From an actinobacterium SCGC AAA044-N04 (lineage in GTDB: Bacteria > Actinomycetota > Actinomycetes > Nanopelagicales > Nanopelagicaceae): 64,000 bases of DNA. The DNA is taken from assembly GCA_000378885.1 (NCBI GenBank), contig KB900461.1, forward strand, positions 267,765 to 331,764, in the 5' to 3' direction. Made by a program: the position numbers and the translations under genes. This document shows positions 51,426 to 62,767 of the stretch, piece by piece; the stretch's first letter is position 1; the number at the start of each line of letters is the position of its first letter. The notes beneath the pieces are model-generated. The model was not told where the DNA came from and did not search any database. It saw only the letters and a list, made by a program, of their open reading frames with translations.

Positions 51426-52376
51426 ATGGGCGGAAAAGTCACTGTAGTTGGTGCAGGTTTTTATGGTTCAACAACTGCGCTTCGTTTAGCTGAATACAAC
51501 ATCTTCGACACCGTCGTTTTAACCGACATTCTTGAAGGTAAGCCTGAAGGTCTAGCCCTTGATATGAACCAATCTCGTTCAATCGAAGGCTTTGAGACAA
51601 AGATAATTGGCGCAACAACATCACCTGAAGGCGCTGGTTATGAAGCAACAGCTAACTCTGATGTTGTTGTCATTACTGCAGGACTTCCACGTAAGCCCGG
51701 CATGAGCCGCATGGATCTCATCGGTGTTAACGCAGGAATCGTTCGCGGAGTTGCTGAAAATATTGCTAAGCATTCTCCTAATGCAGTAATTATCGTGGTT
51801 TCAAATCCATTGGATGAAATGACTGCACTTGCACAGATAGCAACGAAGTTTCCAAAAAACCGAGTTATGGGCCAAGCAGGAATGCTTGATACGGCTCGCT
51901 TCACTAACTTTGTTGCAGAAAAGCTGAATGTAAAGGTTGGTTCAGTTAAGACTCTCACTCTGGGTTCACACGGTGACACGATGGTTCCAGTACCAAGTCG
52001 TTGCACAGTAGATGGCAAGGCCCTAAGTGATTTGCTATCACAAGTTGAAATTGATGAATTAGTTGATCGCACACGCAATGGTGGTGCTGAAGTTGTTGCA
52101 CTTCTTAAGACAGGATCTGCTTACTACGCACCTTCTGCAGCAGCGGCCAGAATGGCAAAAGCTGTTATCGAAGATTCAGGCGCGGTAATGCCAGTGTGCG
52201 CATGGGTCGATGGCGAGTATGGAATTTCAGGTGTCTATCTAGGTGTTGAAGCCCAGATTGGCCGAAATGGAATTAAGAAAGTTGTTGAAAGTAAGTTGAC
52301 CGATTCTGAAGTTGAAGCCCTTAAGGCGGCAGCTGAAGCGGTTCGTGCAAAGCAAGCAGACGTACAAACACTCTAA
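51426..52376 (+). CDS. mdh: Malate dehydrogenase (LDH-like)
   Basis: [29 protein letters not shown] and GSAYYAP motifs. Confidence 0.95.
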   Translation: MGGKVTVVGAGFYGSTTALRLAEYNIFDTVVLTDILEGKPEGLALDMNQSRSIEGFETKIIGATTSPEGAGYEATANSDVVVITAGLPRKPGMSRMDLIGVNAGIVRGVAENIAKHSPNAVIIVVSNPLDEMTALAQIATKFPKNRVMGQAGMLDTARFTNFVAEKLNVKVGSVKTLTLGSHGDTMVPVPSRCTVDGKALSDLLSQVEIDELVDRTRNGGAEVVALLKTGSAYYAPSAAAARMAKAVIEDSGAVMPVCAWVDGEYGISGVYLGVEAQIGRNGIKKVVESKLTDSEVEALKAAAEAVRAKQADVQTL

Positions 52377-52389
52377 GGGAGCGCATCAG

Positions 52390-53604
52390 ATGGCCAAGAT
52401 TAAAGTTGAAGGAACTGTTGTTGAACTAGACGGCGACGAGATGACTCGCATCATGTGGCAGTTCATCAAAGACTCACTCATCCTTCCTTATTTGGACGTC
52501 AATCTTGAGTACTACGACCTTGGTATGGAAAACCGTGATGCCACAGATGATCAAGTAACTATTGATTCAGCTCATGCGATCCAAAAGCATGGCGTGGGAA
52601 TCAAGTGCGCAACTATCACTCCTGATGAGGCTCGTGTTGAAGAATTTGGTCTTAAAAAGATGTGGAAGTCTCCTAATGGAACAGTGCGTAATATCTTGGG
52701 CGGTGTAATTTTCCGTGAACCAATCATTATTAGCAATGTTCCACGCTTGGTCCCACATTGGACTAAGCCAATTGTTATCGGCCGTCACGCATTTGGTGAT
52801 CAGTACCGCGCAACAGATTTCAAGGTTCCTGGTCCAGGCAAGCTAACAATGTCATTTGTTCCAGAAGATGGGTCAGCCCCAATCGAGCACACTGTCTATG
52901 ATTTTAAGTCATCAGGTGTTGCTATGGGTATGTATAACTTGGATGAATCAATCCGCGACTTTGCCCGTGCTTCTTTGAACTATGGCCTTAATCGTAAATT
53001 CCCAGTTTATCTCTCAACTAAGAACACAATCTTGAAAGCTTATGACGGCCGCTTCAAAGATATCTTTGAAGAGATTTATCAAGCAGAGTTCAAGGCCGCA
53101 TTTGATGCTGCAGGTATTTGGTATGAGCACCGCCTCATTGATGACATGGTTGCTATGTCACTTCGTATGGAAGGTGGCTATGTCTGGGCGTGTAAGAACT
53201 ATGACGGCGATGTTCAATCAGACACCGTTGCACAGGGTTATGGCTCACTTGGTTTAATGACATCAGTATTGATGACACCAGATGGAAAGATTGTTGAATC
53301 AGAGGCTGCACACGGAACTGTTACTCGTCACTACCGTGATCACCAAAAGGGTAAAGCAACTTCTACAAATCCAATTGCATCAATCTTTGCTTGGACCCGT
53401 GGCCTTGCTCACCGTGCAAAGCTTGATAACAACGCCGATCTAGCTAAGTTTTGCGACACTCTAGAGCGCGTTTGTATCGAAACTGTTGAGCAAGGCAAGA
53501 TGACTAAAGACTTATCTTTGCTGATCTCTAAAGAGGCTCCCTATCAAACTACGCAGGAGTTCTTGAATTCAATCGATGAAAACCTGAAGAAAGCAATGGC
53601 ATAA
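52390..53604 (+). CDS. icd: NADP-dependent isocitrate dehydrogenase
   Basis: [26 protein letters not shown] and [10 protein letters not shown] motifs; RBS GGGAG before ATG 52390. Confidence 0.97.
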   Translation: MAKIKVEGTVVELDGDEMTRIMWQFIKDSLILPYLDVNLEYYDLGMENRDATDDQVTIDSAHAIQKHGVGIKCATITPDEARVEEFGLKKMWKSPNGTVRNILGGVIFREPIIISNVPRLVPHWTKPIVIGRHAFGDQYRATDFKVPGPGKLTMSFVPEDGSAPIEHTVYDFKSSGVAMGMYNLDESIRDFARASLNYGLNRKFPVYLSTKNTILKAYDGRFKDIFEEIYQAEFKAAFDAAGIWYEHRLIDDMVAMSLRMEGGYVWACKNYDGDVQSDTVAQGYGSLGLMTSVLMTPDGKIVESEAAHGTVTRHYRDHQKGKATSTNPIASIFAWTRGLAHRAKLDNNADLAKFCDTLERVCIETVEQGKMTKDLSLLISKEAPYQTTQEFLNSIDENLKKAMA

Positions 53605-53610
53605 AACTCC

Positions 53611-53652
53611 AATAAAAAACCCGCCGTATGGTTACGGCGGGTTTTCTTATTT
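53611..53652. terminator. Bidirectional intrinsic terminator (icd/msiK)
   Basis: AAAACCCGCCGTA-TGGT-TACGGCGGGTTTT flanked by A- and T-tracts. Confidence 0.9.
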
Positions 53653-53658
53653 AATACT

Positions 53659-54738
53659 TTAAATACGCTCTCCAGTTGTTGAGTTAAACAAGTGAACTGC
53701 ACTTGGATTTGCAGTGACAGTAATTGTTTGACCCGCCTTTGGAGGATTCTTTGGATCCCAGCGAACAATAATCTGTGCACCTTCATCTGTTGCATTAGCG
53801 AACTTAACATTTGTATCAGCTGGCTTTCCATAAACGAAAGCATCTGATCCAAGTTCTTCAACTACTTCAACCAAAACATGGAAGCCTTCAGTAGATGGTG
53901 TGAAGCCTTCTGGGCGAACACCAACAGTTACTTCATTGCCAGCAGATGCTGGAACTGCGATTCCAAGATTTCCAAGCATTGCCTTACCGCCCACGATTGG
54001 AGCGTTAAGCAAGTTCATGGCAGGAGAACCAATAAAGCCTGCCACGAAAGCATTTGCTGGGTTGTCATAGAGATTACGAGGTGTGTCTACTTGCTGGAGC
54101 AAGCCATCCTTAAGAACTGCAACGCGATCACCCATAGTCATAGCTTCAACCTGGTCGTGTGTTACATAAACTGTTGTGATTCCTAAGCGACGCTGCAATG
54201 CAGCAATCTGTGTACGAGTTGCAACGCGCAACTTCGCATCAAGGTTTGAAAGAGGTTCGTCCATAAGGAAAACCTGAGGTTCGCGAACAATTGCGCGACC
54301 CATAGCAACGCGCTGACGTTGTCCACCAGAAAGAGCTTTTGGCTTGCGCTCTAGGTATGGCTCAAGGTCTAGCAACTTAGCTGCTTCAAGAACGCGGCGT
54401 TCACGTTCTTCTTTTGGAGTTCCAGCGATCTTTAGTGCGAAGCCCATGTTTTCTGCAACTGTCATGTGTGGGTACAACGCGTATGACTGGAATACCATCG
54501 CGATATCGCGATCTTTTGGTGCAACGTTTGTAACATCGCGATCACCAATCAAGATTCTTCCGTTATCGACTTCTTCAAGTCCTGCCAACATGCGAAGTGA
54601 TGTTGACTTACCGCAACCTGATGGTCCGACTAAAACCAAAAACTCACCGTCATTGACAGTGAGATTTAATTTATCGACTGCAGGTGCAGTTGTTCCTGGA
54701 TAGATACGTGATGCGGCTTCGAAAACTACTGATGCCAT
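53659..54738 (-). CDS. msiK: Sugar ABC transporter ATP-binding protein MsiK
   Basis: GPSGCGKST, LSGGQRQR, DEPLSNLD motifs and TOBE tail; msiK RNA upstream. Confidence 0.9.
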   Translation of the reverse strand: MASVVFEAASRIYPGTTAPAVDKLNLTVNDGEFLVLVGPSGCGKSTSLRMLAGLEEVDNGRILIGDRDVTNVAPKDRDIAMVFQSYALYPHMTVAENMGFALKIAGTPKEERERRVLEAAKLLDLEPYLERKPKALSGGQRQRVAMGRAIVREPQVFLMDEPLSNLDAKLRVATRTQIAALQRRLGITTVYVTHDQVEAMTMGDRVAVLKDGLLQQVDTPRNLYDNPANAFVAGFIGSPAMNLLNAPIVGGKAMLGNLGIAVPASAGNEVTVGVRPEGFTPSTEGFHVLVEVVEELGSDAFVYGKPADTNVKFANATDEGAQIIVRWDPKNPPKAGQTITVTANPSAVHLFNSTTGERI

Positions 54739-54745
54739 GAGATTG

Positions 54746-54794
54746 CTCTCCTTCTCCGGGCAGGTACGTGCCCGACGGTCCGTGGATGAAGGTG
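54746..54794 (-). ncRNA. msiK RNA motif (cis-regulatory leader)
   Basis: Minus strand CCUUCAUCCACGGACCGUCGGGCACGUACCUGCCCGGAGAAGGAGAG directly upstream of msiK, matching the known actinobacterial motif. Confidence 0.85.
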
Positions 54795-54888
54795 ATGGTC
54801 CGGGTGGACCAACGCACCGAAGGTTACGCGTAAAGGAGCAAATTGGCTAGGCCAGGCCTTCGAGCATTGCCGTATAGTTGGACACCTA

Positions 54889-56184
54889 ATGGAGACTCAC
54901 TCGGTCGGTACGTTATTTGCAGATCTAGCTCTGGTCGCTGGCCTTATCTTGTTGGCCGCCCTATTTGTCGCAGCCGAAATAGCCCTTATTTCATTACGTG
55001 AGAGCCAGATCCGCCAGATTGCTGGCCGTGGAAAACGTGGCGCTCGCGTTGCAAAACTTGCTGAAAATCCGAACCGCTTTTTAGCCGCGGCCCAAGTTGG
55101 TGTCACTGTATGTGGGTTTTTATCAGCAGCCCTAGGTGCCGAAAAGCTTGGTGGCTATGTCATTCCCTGGCTGGAAGAAAAGGGTTTATCAACGGGGCTG
55201 AGCACAACCCTTTCAATTATTGGCGTGACTTTAGTAATCGCTTACTTCTCACTGGTCTTTGGCGAGTTAGTTCCAAAGCGCCTGGCCCTGTTTAGAAGTG
55301 AGGAAATCTCACTTGCATCAGCTGGAGTAATTGATGTAATCGCAAAGATTTTCCGCCCTGTTATTTGGTTGCTCTCAAAGTCAACAGATTTTGTAGTGCG
55401 TGCATTTGGAATAGATCCTAAAGAGGCTAGAAGCCAAATCTCTGAAGAAGAGCTATTGGATCTTGTGGCTGGCCATGCCGCCTTAAGTGAAGAAGAGCGA
55501 GAGATCGTTGAAGAAGTTTTCAATGCCTCTGAGCGCCAGATTCATGAAGTCATGGTTCCGCGCACGGAAGTTGATTTCATGGATGTCTCATTAACTGTCG
55601 GCAAGGCAATCGAATTAGCAGTCGATAAAGCCCACTCACGTTACCCAGTAATTCGCGGATCATCTGATGAAGTAATTGGCTTTATCCATGTGCGAGACCT
55701 ACTTGATACTTCATTAGCATCTAAGGGAACAAAGATTATTGAACTTGTTCGATCCATTATGTTCTTACCTGGAACAAAAGGAATTCTGCCTGCCCTTTCA
55801 GAAATGCGTGAAAAAGGTCAGCACGTTGCAATCGTGCTTGATGAATATGGTGGCACTGATGGCATCGTGACTTTAGAAGATCTAGTGGAGTGCCTCATCG
55901 GTGATATCCGAGATGAATACGATGAAGTCGAAACAGATATTTCCGTGGAATCTCGCACGGGAGATTTTGAAGTTGATGGCCTGATTTCAATTGAAGATTT
56001 AATTGAGCAAACCAACCTGGAAATTCCAGATGGCCCATATGAAACAGCCAGTGGCTTTGTCATGCATCATTTAGGCCGAATTCCTAAGGAGCATGACGTG
56101 GTGGTGGTCGATGGACTGCGAATTACAGTACTTTCCATGGAAGGCAAGCGCGCAGGGCAGCTATTGATCTCTCGTAGCGCATGA
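54889..56184 (+). CDS. Hemolysin/HlyC-CorC (CNNM-CBS-CorC) family protein
   Basis: FVAAEIAL, GELVPKRLA, VMVPR, DEYGGTDG and CorC YETASG motifs. Confidence 0.92.
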   Translation: METHSVGTLFADLALVAGLILLAALFVAAEIALISLRESQIRQIAGRGKRGARVAKLAENPNRFLAAAQVGVTVCGFLSAALGAEKLGGYVIPWLEEKGLSTGLSTTLSIIGVTLVIAYFSLVFGELVPKRLALFRSEEISLASAGVIDVIAKIFRPVIWLLSKSTDFVVRAFGIDPKEARSQISEEELLDLVAGHAALSEEEREIVEEVFNASERQIHEVMVPRTEVDFMDVSLTVGKAIELAVDKAHSRYPVIRGSSDEVIGFIHVRDLLDTSLASKGTKIIELVRSIMFLPGTKGILPALSEMREKGQHVAIVLDEYGGTDGIVTLEDLVECLIGDIRDEYDEVETDISVESRTGDFEVDGLISIEDLIEQTNLEIPDGPYETASGFVMHHLGRIPKEHDVVVVDGLRITVLSMEGKRAGQLLISRSA

Positions 56185-56203
56185 TGTGTGAAAGAATTAA
56201 CGC

Positions 56204-57202
56204 ATGAGCGCCAAGCGAGTTTTATCTGGAATCCAGCCAACAAGTGATTCCTTCCACCTTGGCAACTACTTAGGCGCCGTTAAGCAGTGGGTAGATTTAC
56301 AAGATGGCCATGATGCCTTTTATTGCATCGTAGATTTGCACGCACTCACTGGCGAAATCGAACCAGCCCTATTGCGAAAGCGGACTTTAGCTTCAGCTGC
56401 TCAGTTAATTGCACTAGGAATTTCACCTGAGAAATCAACCCTATTTGTTCAGTCACAAGTTCCACAGCACAATCAATTGGGTTGGCTCATGGAATGTATG
56501 GCTGGTTTTGGTGAAGCAAGTCGCATGACTCAATTCAAAGACAAATCTGCAAAGGGCGGATCTGATTCTGCGCGCGTTGGACTATTTACATATCCAATGT
56601 TGCAAGCTGCAGATATTTTGTTGTATCAAGCCAACTTAGTCCCAGTCGGCGAAGATCAGCGCCAACACATTGAGTTAACACGCGACTTAGCTGGACGCTT
56701 TAATACTCGCTTTGGTGAGACTTTTACGATCCCAGAAAACTTTATTTTAAAGACTGCAGCAAAAATCCAAGACCTTCAAGATCCATCATCCAAAATGAGT
56801 AAATCTGCAGGCTCTGCTGCAGGTGTTCTTGAGTTAATGGACACCCCAGAATCAAATGCTAAGAAGATAAAGAGTGCCGCAACTGATGCTGGCCGTGAAG
56901 TGAAATTTGATGAAAAAGAAAAGCCTGGAATTAGTAATTTGCTAACAATTCACAGCGCTCTCTCTGGTCAGTCCATCTCAGCACTCGAAAAAGAGTTTGA
57001 TGGCAAAGGTTATGGCGACTTTAAAGGGGCTGTAGCTGAGGTTGTTGTTGAATATTTCCGACCTATTCGCGCTAAGGCAATTGATTTATTGAGCGATGAG
57101 AAGCACCTGCTTGATATTTTGCATGACGGGGCAGCAAAAGCCCGTGTAGTAGCCTCGCAAACCCTTGAAAAAGCCTATGAAAACCTGGGGATCGTTAAGT
57201 AA
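56204..57202 (+). CDS. trpS: Tryptophan--tRNA ligase
   Basis: [21 protein letters not shown] and KMSKS motifs. Confidence 0.98.
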   Translation: MSAKRVLSGIQPTSDSFHLGNYLGAVKQWVDLQDGHDAFYCIVDLHALTGEIEPALLRKRTLASAAQLIALGISPEKSTLFVQSQVPQHNQLGWLMECMAGFGEASRMTQFKDKSAKGGSDSARVGLFTYPMLQAADILLYQANLVPVGEDQRQHIELTRDLAGRFNTRFGETFTIPENFILKTAAKIQDLQDPSSKMSKSAGSAAGVLELMDTPESNAKKIKSAATDAGREVKFDEKEKPGISNLLTIHSALSGQSISALEKEFDGKGYGDFKGAVAEVVVEYFRPIRAKAIDLLSDEKHLLDILHDGAAKARVVASQTLEKAYENLGIVK

Positions 57203-57378
57203 GTAAGCGGTAGCAGTATCAACTCCAGGTTGAGACTTATCCAAAACGTTACATGCCTCGCGCTAAAACCCGCCTGCGTGTGTTGAGTTTATTCATGCAT
57301 AGCTACTAGGCTCACTTACACACAGAGCTCCTATGCCTGCCTTTAGTTGGTGTAGGGGAGCCCCTTGAAGGAGGAAAA

Positions 57379-58434
57379 TTGAAGAAAGTATTTCGTCTCG
57401 TAGCAGTTATCGCTGCAGCAACTCTTGCAGTGACTGCATTTGTTGCACCATCAGCAACTGCAGCATCAAAGGTAAAAGTAGGACTTGCTTATGACATCGG
57501 TGGCCGCGGAGACAAGTCTTTCAATGACTCTGCAGCAGCTGGTCTAGATGCAGCAAAGAAGAAGTTTGGTGTTTCAGCTAAGGAAGTTACTGTCACAACA
57601 GGATCTGACTCAGAGCGCGAAGGCAAGCTACGTTTGCTCGCACAAGCTGGATACAACCCAATCATCGCAGTTGGTTACCTATACGCAGGCCCACTAAAGG
57701 CTGTTGCATCTGACTATCCAAATGTTCAGTTCGGAATCATCGATGATTCATCAGTTGATCTTCTAAACGTTGCAGGTCTTGTATTCGCTGAAGAGCAGGG
57801 TTCATACCTTGCTGGCGTTGCAGCAGCACTTGCATCAAAGTCAGGAAAGATCGGTTACATCGGTGGAGTTCGTATTCCACTACTACAGAAGTTTGAAGCA
57901 GGATTCGTTGCTGGTGTTAAGGCAACAAAGAAGTCTGCAACTGTTGATGTTAAGTATGTAACTGAGTTCCCAGACTTCTCTGGTTTCAATGACCCAGCTA
58001 AGGCAAAGGTTATTGCTAAGGGAATGATCGATAAGGGCACAGATGTTATTTACTCTGCTGCTGGTGGTTCAGGTGCGGGTAACTTCGCAGCTGCAACTGA
58101 TGCAGCAAAGGCTGGCAAGAAGGTTTGGACTATCGGAGTTGACTCTGATCAGTACCTAACAGCTTCAGCTGATGAGAAGAAGAACATGCTCACATCAATG
58201 ATCAAGCGCGTTGACCGTGCTGTTTATGACGTAATCGCAACATCAGTTGCAGGTTCATCAGTTAACGACGTTCTAGATGCCAAGGCTGGTATCTACGGTC
58301 GTCACTATGACCTAGCACTTGATGGCGTTGGAGTTTCATACTCTGGCGGTTACATCACTAAGTACAAGGCTGCAATCGATAAGGCTGCAGCAGCGATTAA
58401 GGCTGGAAAGATCGTAGTTCCAACAAAGCCATAA
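57379..58434 (+). CDS. BMP family nucleoside ABC transporter substrate-binding protein
   Basis: Signal peptide; GDKSFND, FAEEQGSYLAG, IGVDSDQ and SMIKRVD motifs. Confidence 0.92.
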   Translation: MKKVFRLVAVIAAATLAVTAFVAPSATAASKVKVGLAYDIGGRGDKSFNDSAAAGLDAAKKKFGVSAKEVTVTTGSDSEREGKLRLLAQAGYNPIIAVGYLYAGPLKAVASDYPNVQFGIIDDSSVDLLNVAGLVFAEEQGSYLAGVAAALASKSGKIGYIGGVRIPLLQKFEAGFVAGVKATKKSATVDVKYVTEFPDFSGFNDPAKAKVIAKGMIDKGTDVIYSAAGGSGAGNFAAATDAAKAGKKVWTIGVDSDQYLTASADEKKNMLTSMIKRVDRAVYDVIATSVAGSSVNDVLDAKAGIYGRHYDLALDGVGVSYSGGYITKYKAAIDKAAAAIKAGKIVVPTKP

Positions 58435-58451
58435 TCACTCACTAAATAGTG

Positions 58452-58503
58452 GCATTTGGCCCAACAATGGAGTTAAATCTCCTTGTTGGGCCAAATGTTT
58501 TTT
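58452..58503 (+). terminator. Intra-operon stem-loop/terminator after the binding-protein gene
   Basis: CATTTGGCCCAACAA...TTGTTGGGCCAAATG followed by TTTTTT. Confidence 0.8.
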
Positions 58504-58531
58504 AATTATCAACTCAAAGGAGAGTCATTAA

Positions 58532-60037
58532 GTGTCAGTAGCTGTTGAACTGCGACACATCTCCAAGCGCTTCCCAGGCGTGATCGCTAATAAAGATGTT
58601 TCCATGAAAGTTGAAACTGGGACTGTTCACGCTTTAGTCGGTGAAAACGGTGCAGGAAAATCCACCGTAATGAAGATTTTGTATGGAATGCAACGCCCAG
58701 ATGGTGGCGAAATTTTGGTCAATGGACAGAGTGTAAATTTTAAGAACCCAAATGATGCTATTGATGCCAGTATTGGCATGGTTCACCAACACTTTATGTT
58801 GGCAGATAACTTTACTGTTTTAGAAAATGTGATCTTAGGATCAGAACCAAAGCACGGGATAACAATTGATTTTGTTGCCGCCAGAGCCAAAGTTATCGAG
58901 ATGGCTGCCCAATATGGACTTGAGATCGACCCAGATGTCTTAGTTGAAGAGCTAGGCGTTGGACAAAGACAACGAGTTGAAATTCTGAAAGTTCTATACC
59001 GAGGAGCTCGGATTCTTATCTTTGATGAACCAACTGCGGTACTTGTTCCTCAAGAAGTGGATGATCTTTTCAACGCTCTCAAGGGTTTGCGAGCACAAGG
59101 CATGGCAATCATCTTTATCTCACACAAGCTAGATGAAGTCCTACGAGTTGCCGATGACGTAACTGTGGTTCGTGCGGGCTCAACAGTTGCTGAAGTGAAA
59201 TCCAAAGATGTAACTGCTCGTCAATTGGCAGAACTGATGGTTGGCAGCGAGCTTCCACAACCTGCAACCCATGGTGATACTCGCAGACCAGAAATTACAC
59301 TGGCCCTCAAGGATGTTTCTATTCCTACTAAATCAGGCAGTCGAGATTTAATTTCCCACGTTTCATTTAATTTACATGCTGGTGAAGTTGTGGGAATTGC
59401 TGGTGTTGAAGGCAATGGCCAGGCTGAACTAGTTGAAGCAATCATGGGGCTGAGGGAGTACACCGGCGTTATCGAATTCTCTGGTGCTGATATGAACCAT
59501 TTATCAGTAGCCCACCGCCGTGATTTAGGAATTGGCTTAATCCCTGAGGATCGTCAACGCCAAGCGATGATGATGGAATCACCACTGTGGGAAAACAGAA
59601 TTTTGGGACATCAACGCGGAAAGCCTGTCATGAATGGATTTGTTTTAGATAAGAAATCAACAATTGCAGATACCAAAGTAATTATGGAGGAGTTTGATGT
59701 TAGAGCTCCGGGTCCACAGACATTGGCAGCAGCTCTATCTGGAGGAAACCAACAGAAATTTATTGTTGGGCGAGAAATGAGCAAAGCACCATCGCTGCTT
59801 ATTGCTTCCCACCCAACTCGCGGTGTTGATGTTGGTGCACAGGGAGCTATTTGGGAAGAGCTTCGCAAGGCCCGCGAAAAGGGAATGGCAATTGTTCTTA
59901 TCTCTGCTGACTTAGAAGAGCTCATCGGTATGTCAGATAGATTATTAGTAATGTTGCGCGGAGTTGTTACAGCCGAACTTAACCCTGCAACAACCACTCC
60001 TGAACAATTAGGTTCAGCAATGACGGGTGCGGCATGA
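58532..60037 (+). CDS. Nucleoside/sugar ABC transporter ATP-binding protein (two NBDs)
   Basis: GENGAGKST, DEPT and LSGGNQQK motifs. Confidence 0.93.
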   Translation: MSVAVELRHISKRFPGVIANKDVSMKVETGTVHALVGENGAGKSTVMKILYGMQRPDGGEILVNGQSVNFKNPNDAIDASIGMVHQHFMLADNFTVLENVILGSEPKHGITIDFVAARAKVIEMAAQYGLEIDPDVLVEELGVGQRQRVEILKVLYRGARILIFDEPTAVLVPQEVDDLFNALKGLRAQGMAIIFISHKLDEVLRVADDVTVVRAGSTVAEVKSKDVTARQLAELMVGSELPQPATHGDTRRPEITLALKDVSIPTKSGSRDLISHVSFNLHAGEVVGIAGVEGNGQAELVEAIMGLREYTGVIEFSGADMNHLSVAHRRDLGIGLIPEDRQRQAMMMESPLWENRILGHQRGKPVMNGFVLDKKSTIADTKVIMEEFDVRAPGPQTLAAALSGGNQQKFIVGREMSKAPSLLIASHPTRGVDVGAQGAIWEELRKAREKGMAIVLISADLEELIGMSDRLLVMLRGVVTAELNPATTTPEQLGSAMTGAA

Positions 60038-61137
60038 AAAAACTTAAGTTATCGACAGTAGTTCTTGCCTTTGCAGCTCCCTTGGCTGCAGCAGTGGTAT
60101 CGATCGTGATTTCTTCAATAGCTGTTCTTGCATCCCATAAGTCCCCTTTTGATGCCTATAAGACTATGTGGGATTTTGGAACAACTTCAGGTTCTTTGAT
60201 GCAAGTTCTCAATACTGCGACCCCTTATTACATTGCAGCAGTTGCGATTGCTATTACTTTTCGAGCTGGCCTGTTTAACATAGGTGTTGAAGGGCAACTA
60301 CGTTTAGGTGCAATTTTTGGTGCCTATTTAGGAGCAAAATTTATACTTCCGCCAGTTCTTCACATAATTGCAATCATGGTGATTGCTATGACAATTGGTG
60401 GATTATGGGCAGCAATTGCAGGTTATTTAAAAGTTAAGCGCGGTGTGAGTGAAGTTATTTCCACAATCATGCTCAATTCTCTAGCCGGTGGTCTCTCTTC
60501 ATATTTGCTTGCAAACTACTTTGTTGATCGAACAACTAATTCAAACAATATGTCCACTAAAGAATTGCCAAAATCTGGCCAGTTTCCAGATTTGATGCCC
60601 TTATTGAACAAATTAGGCGTTGAAAATCAGCCTGGTGGTGGGGTTTACGGAATGCTGATTTTTGCGATTGCTCTTGGTGTTGCATTTTGGTTTGTCATTA
60701 ATCGCACAAGATTTGGTTTTGAGTTGCGTGCATCTGGATCGAATCCAATTGCTGCGCGATTTAGCGGAGTTAATTCAAAGAGAATGACTTTTGTTGCAAT
60801 GGCGCTATCTGGTGCTGTGGCTGGATTAGCCGGCCTGCCAGCAGTGTTAGGTGAAACTCACGCATTCAACATGGGATTTAGAACCGGTATTGGATTCTCA
60901 GCAATCGCCGTGGCACTTCTTGGAAGAAATAACCCAGTAGGAATGGGATTGAGTGCGCTTCTATTTGGATTCCTAGAAGTAAGCTCACGATCTCTAGAGC
61001 TCATTGACATTGCTCCAGAGACTTACGTGATTATGCAAGGTTCGATCTTGCTCTCTTCAGTAATTGCATATGAAGTTGTTCGCAGATACAAGATAACGCT
61101 GCAAAGTAAAGAGTTAGCCAAGGTGGTTGTCGCATGA
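60034..61137 (+). CDS. Nucleoside ABC transporter permease
   Basis: GLFNIGVEGQ, EVISTIMLN and GFELRASG motifs. Confidence 0.9.
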   Translation: MKKLKLSTVVLAFAAPLAAAVVSIVISSIAVLASHKSPFDAYKTMWDFGTTSGSLMQVLNTATPYYIAAVAIAITFRAGLFNIGVEGQLRLGAIFGAYLGAKFILPPVLHIIAIMVIAMTIGGLWAAIAGYLKVKRGVSEVISTIMLNSLAGGLSSYLLANYFVDRTTNSNNMSTKELPKSGQFPDLMPLLNKLGVENQPGGGVYGMLIFAIALGVAFWFVINRTRFGFELRASGSNPIAARFSGVNSKRMTFVAMALSGAVAGLAGLPAVLGETHAFNMGFRTGIGFSAIAVALLGRNNPVGMGLSALLFGFLEVSSRSLELIDIAPETYVIMQGSILLSSVIAYEVVRRYKITLQSKELAKVVVA

Positions 61138-62369
61138 ATGTAAAAGCATTAAAGATTTTGCGCTATGCCACGATATTGGTATTCGTTCTTGCAGTAATTC
61201 GGCAAGTCACTGGAGCATCTGATCTAACAAGTGTCGGTACTGCTTCTGCTGCCTTACTTTTGTCTGTACCAATAGTTTTAGCTGGACTAGGTGGACTCTT
61301 CTCTGAGCGCTCTGGTGTTGTGAATATCGGTCTTGAAGGCATGATGGTGATGGGTGCATGGGCAGGTGGAATGATTGGAAGTAAACATGGTCCTTGGTTG
61401 GGTCTACTTGCAGCCATAATCTTTGGGGCAGTCGGCGCTCTCGTTCACGCAATTGCGACTATTACATTTGGGGTAGACCATGTTGTTTCTGGTGTTGCTA
61501 TCAACATCATTGCCATGGGATTAGTTCGATATCTTTCTACTATTCTCTATAAAGGTGGTTCCTGGGCAGGTCCATCGCAGTCACCTGATGTGAATTCAAT
61601 TGGAACAAACTCATTACCAGTACTTTCTGGTGGAAATTACTTCGGGTGGAAGAGCCCGGATTTGCTAGGTGTATTAGCTGAAAAACATTGGTTTTTTGTA
61701 TCCGATTTAGCTGCAATTTTACGCGGCATCACAGGGGATCTTTCATATGTCACCGTTATCGCCATAGCGATGGTTCCGCTATCACTATTTGTTTTATGGA
61801 AGACGGCGTTTGGTCTCCGCTTGCGAAGTGCGGGAGAAGCGCCGATTGCCGCTGAATCACTGGGCGTAAATGTTTACGCTATGAAATATGCAGGCGTTCT
61901 AATTTCTGGAGGATTAGCCGGTTTGGGCGGTGGTTTCTTAGCCATCGTTGCTGCAAATCACTACCAAGAAAATCAAATTGCGGGCCGAGGTTATATCGGG
62001 CTTGCAGCCTTGCTCTTTGGAAATTATCGCCCAGGAGGCATTTTAATGGGTGCTGGTTTGTTTGGTTTTGCTGATGCATTACAACTTCGCGATTCAGCCT
62101 CTGTTCATGCTTTGATTTTACTTATCGTGGTTGTGCTTGCTGCACTTGTAATCCGAGACGTGCGTAAGGGAAATATTTTTAAAGCCGGACTTATATTTGC
62201 ATTTGCTGGACTTTCATTATGGTATTTCTTGGCAGTTAAAGAATTACCAGGACAACTTGTAACCATGACTCCTTACATTGCGACACTTTTGATCATGTCA
62301 CTTGCATCGCAGCGACTTCGAATGCCAGCAGCTGACGGTATTCCTTACCGCCGCGGCGGATTGCGATGA
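61134..62369 (+). CDS. Nucleoside ABC transporter permease
   Basis: ERSGVVNIGLEG, GLRLRSAGE and GRGYIGLAA motifs. Confidence 0.9.
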   Translation: MNVKALKILRYATILVFVLAVIRQVTGASDLTSVGTASAALLLSVPIVLAGLGGLFSERSGVVNIGLEGMMVMGAWAGGMIGSKHGPWLGLLAAIIFGAVGALVHAIATITFGVDHVVSGVAINIIAMGLVRYLSTILYKGGSWAGPSQSPDVNSIGTNSLPVLSGGNYFGWKSPDLLGVLAEKHWFFVSDLAAILRGITGDLSYVTVIAIAMVPLSLFVLWKTAFGLRLRSAGEAPIAAESLGVNVYAMKYAGVLISGGLAGLGGGFLAIVAANHYQENQIAGRGYIGLAALLFGNYRPGGILMGAGLFGFADALQLRDSASVHALILLIVVVLAALVIRDVRKGNIFKAGLIFAFAGLSLWYFLAVKELPGQLVTMTPYIATLLIMSLASQRLRMPAADGIPYRRGGLR

Positions 62370-62767
62370 GCGCTGTAGATTGGGATGCGTTACACACTGC
62401 TGCAGTTGCAGCAATGAAAACCGCATATGCTCCATATTCAAAGTTTCCTGTTGGTGTTGCAGCGCTAGTAGATGATGGACGAATAGTTTCTGGGTGCAAT
62501 GTCGAGAATGCAAGTTATGGTCTAGGTCTTTGCGCGGAGTGTGGATTAGTTTCTAACCTCATTGCAACAGGTGGCGGTCGTTTAGTTGCAATTTCATGTG
62601 TTGATGGTCAAGGAAATCACTTGGCGCCATGTGGACGTTGTCGTCAACTTTTATTTGAGCATGGTGGATCTAATGCACTTTTGATGACCGATGATGGGCC
62701 ACAGACAATGGCTGCAATGTTGCCTTGGGCTTTTGGTCCTGATGATTTAGACCGCAACGAGCGCTAA
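62366..62767 (+). CDS. cdd: Cytidine deaminase
   Basis: AYAPYSKF, NVENASY..CAE and PCGRCRQ motifs. Confidence 0.96.
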   Translation: MSAVDWDALHTAAVAAMKTAYAPYSKFPVGVAALVDDGRIVSGCNVENASYGLGLCAECGLVSNLIATGGGRLVAISCVDGQGNHLAPCGRCRQLLFEHGGSNALLMTDDGPQTMAAMLPWAFGPDDLDRNER

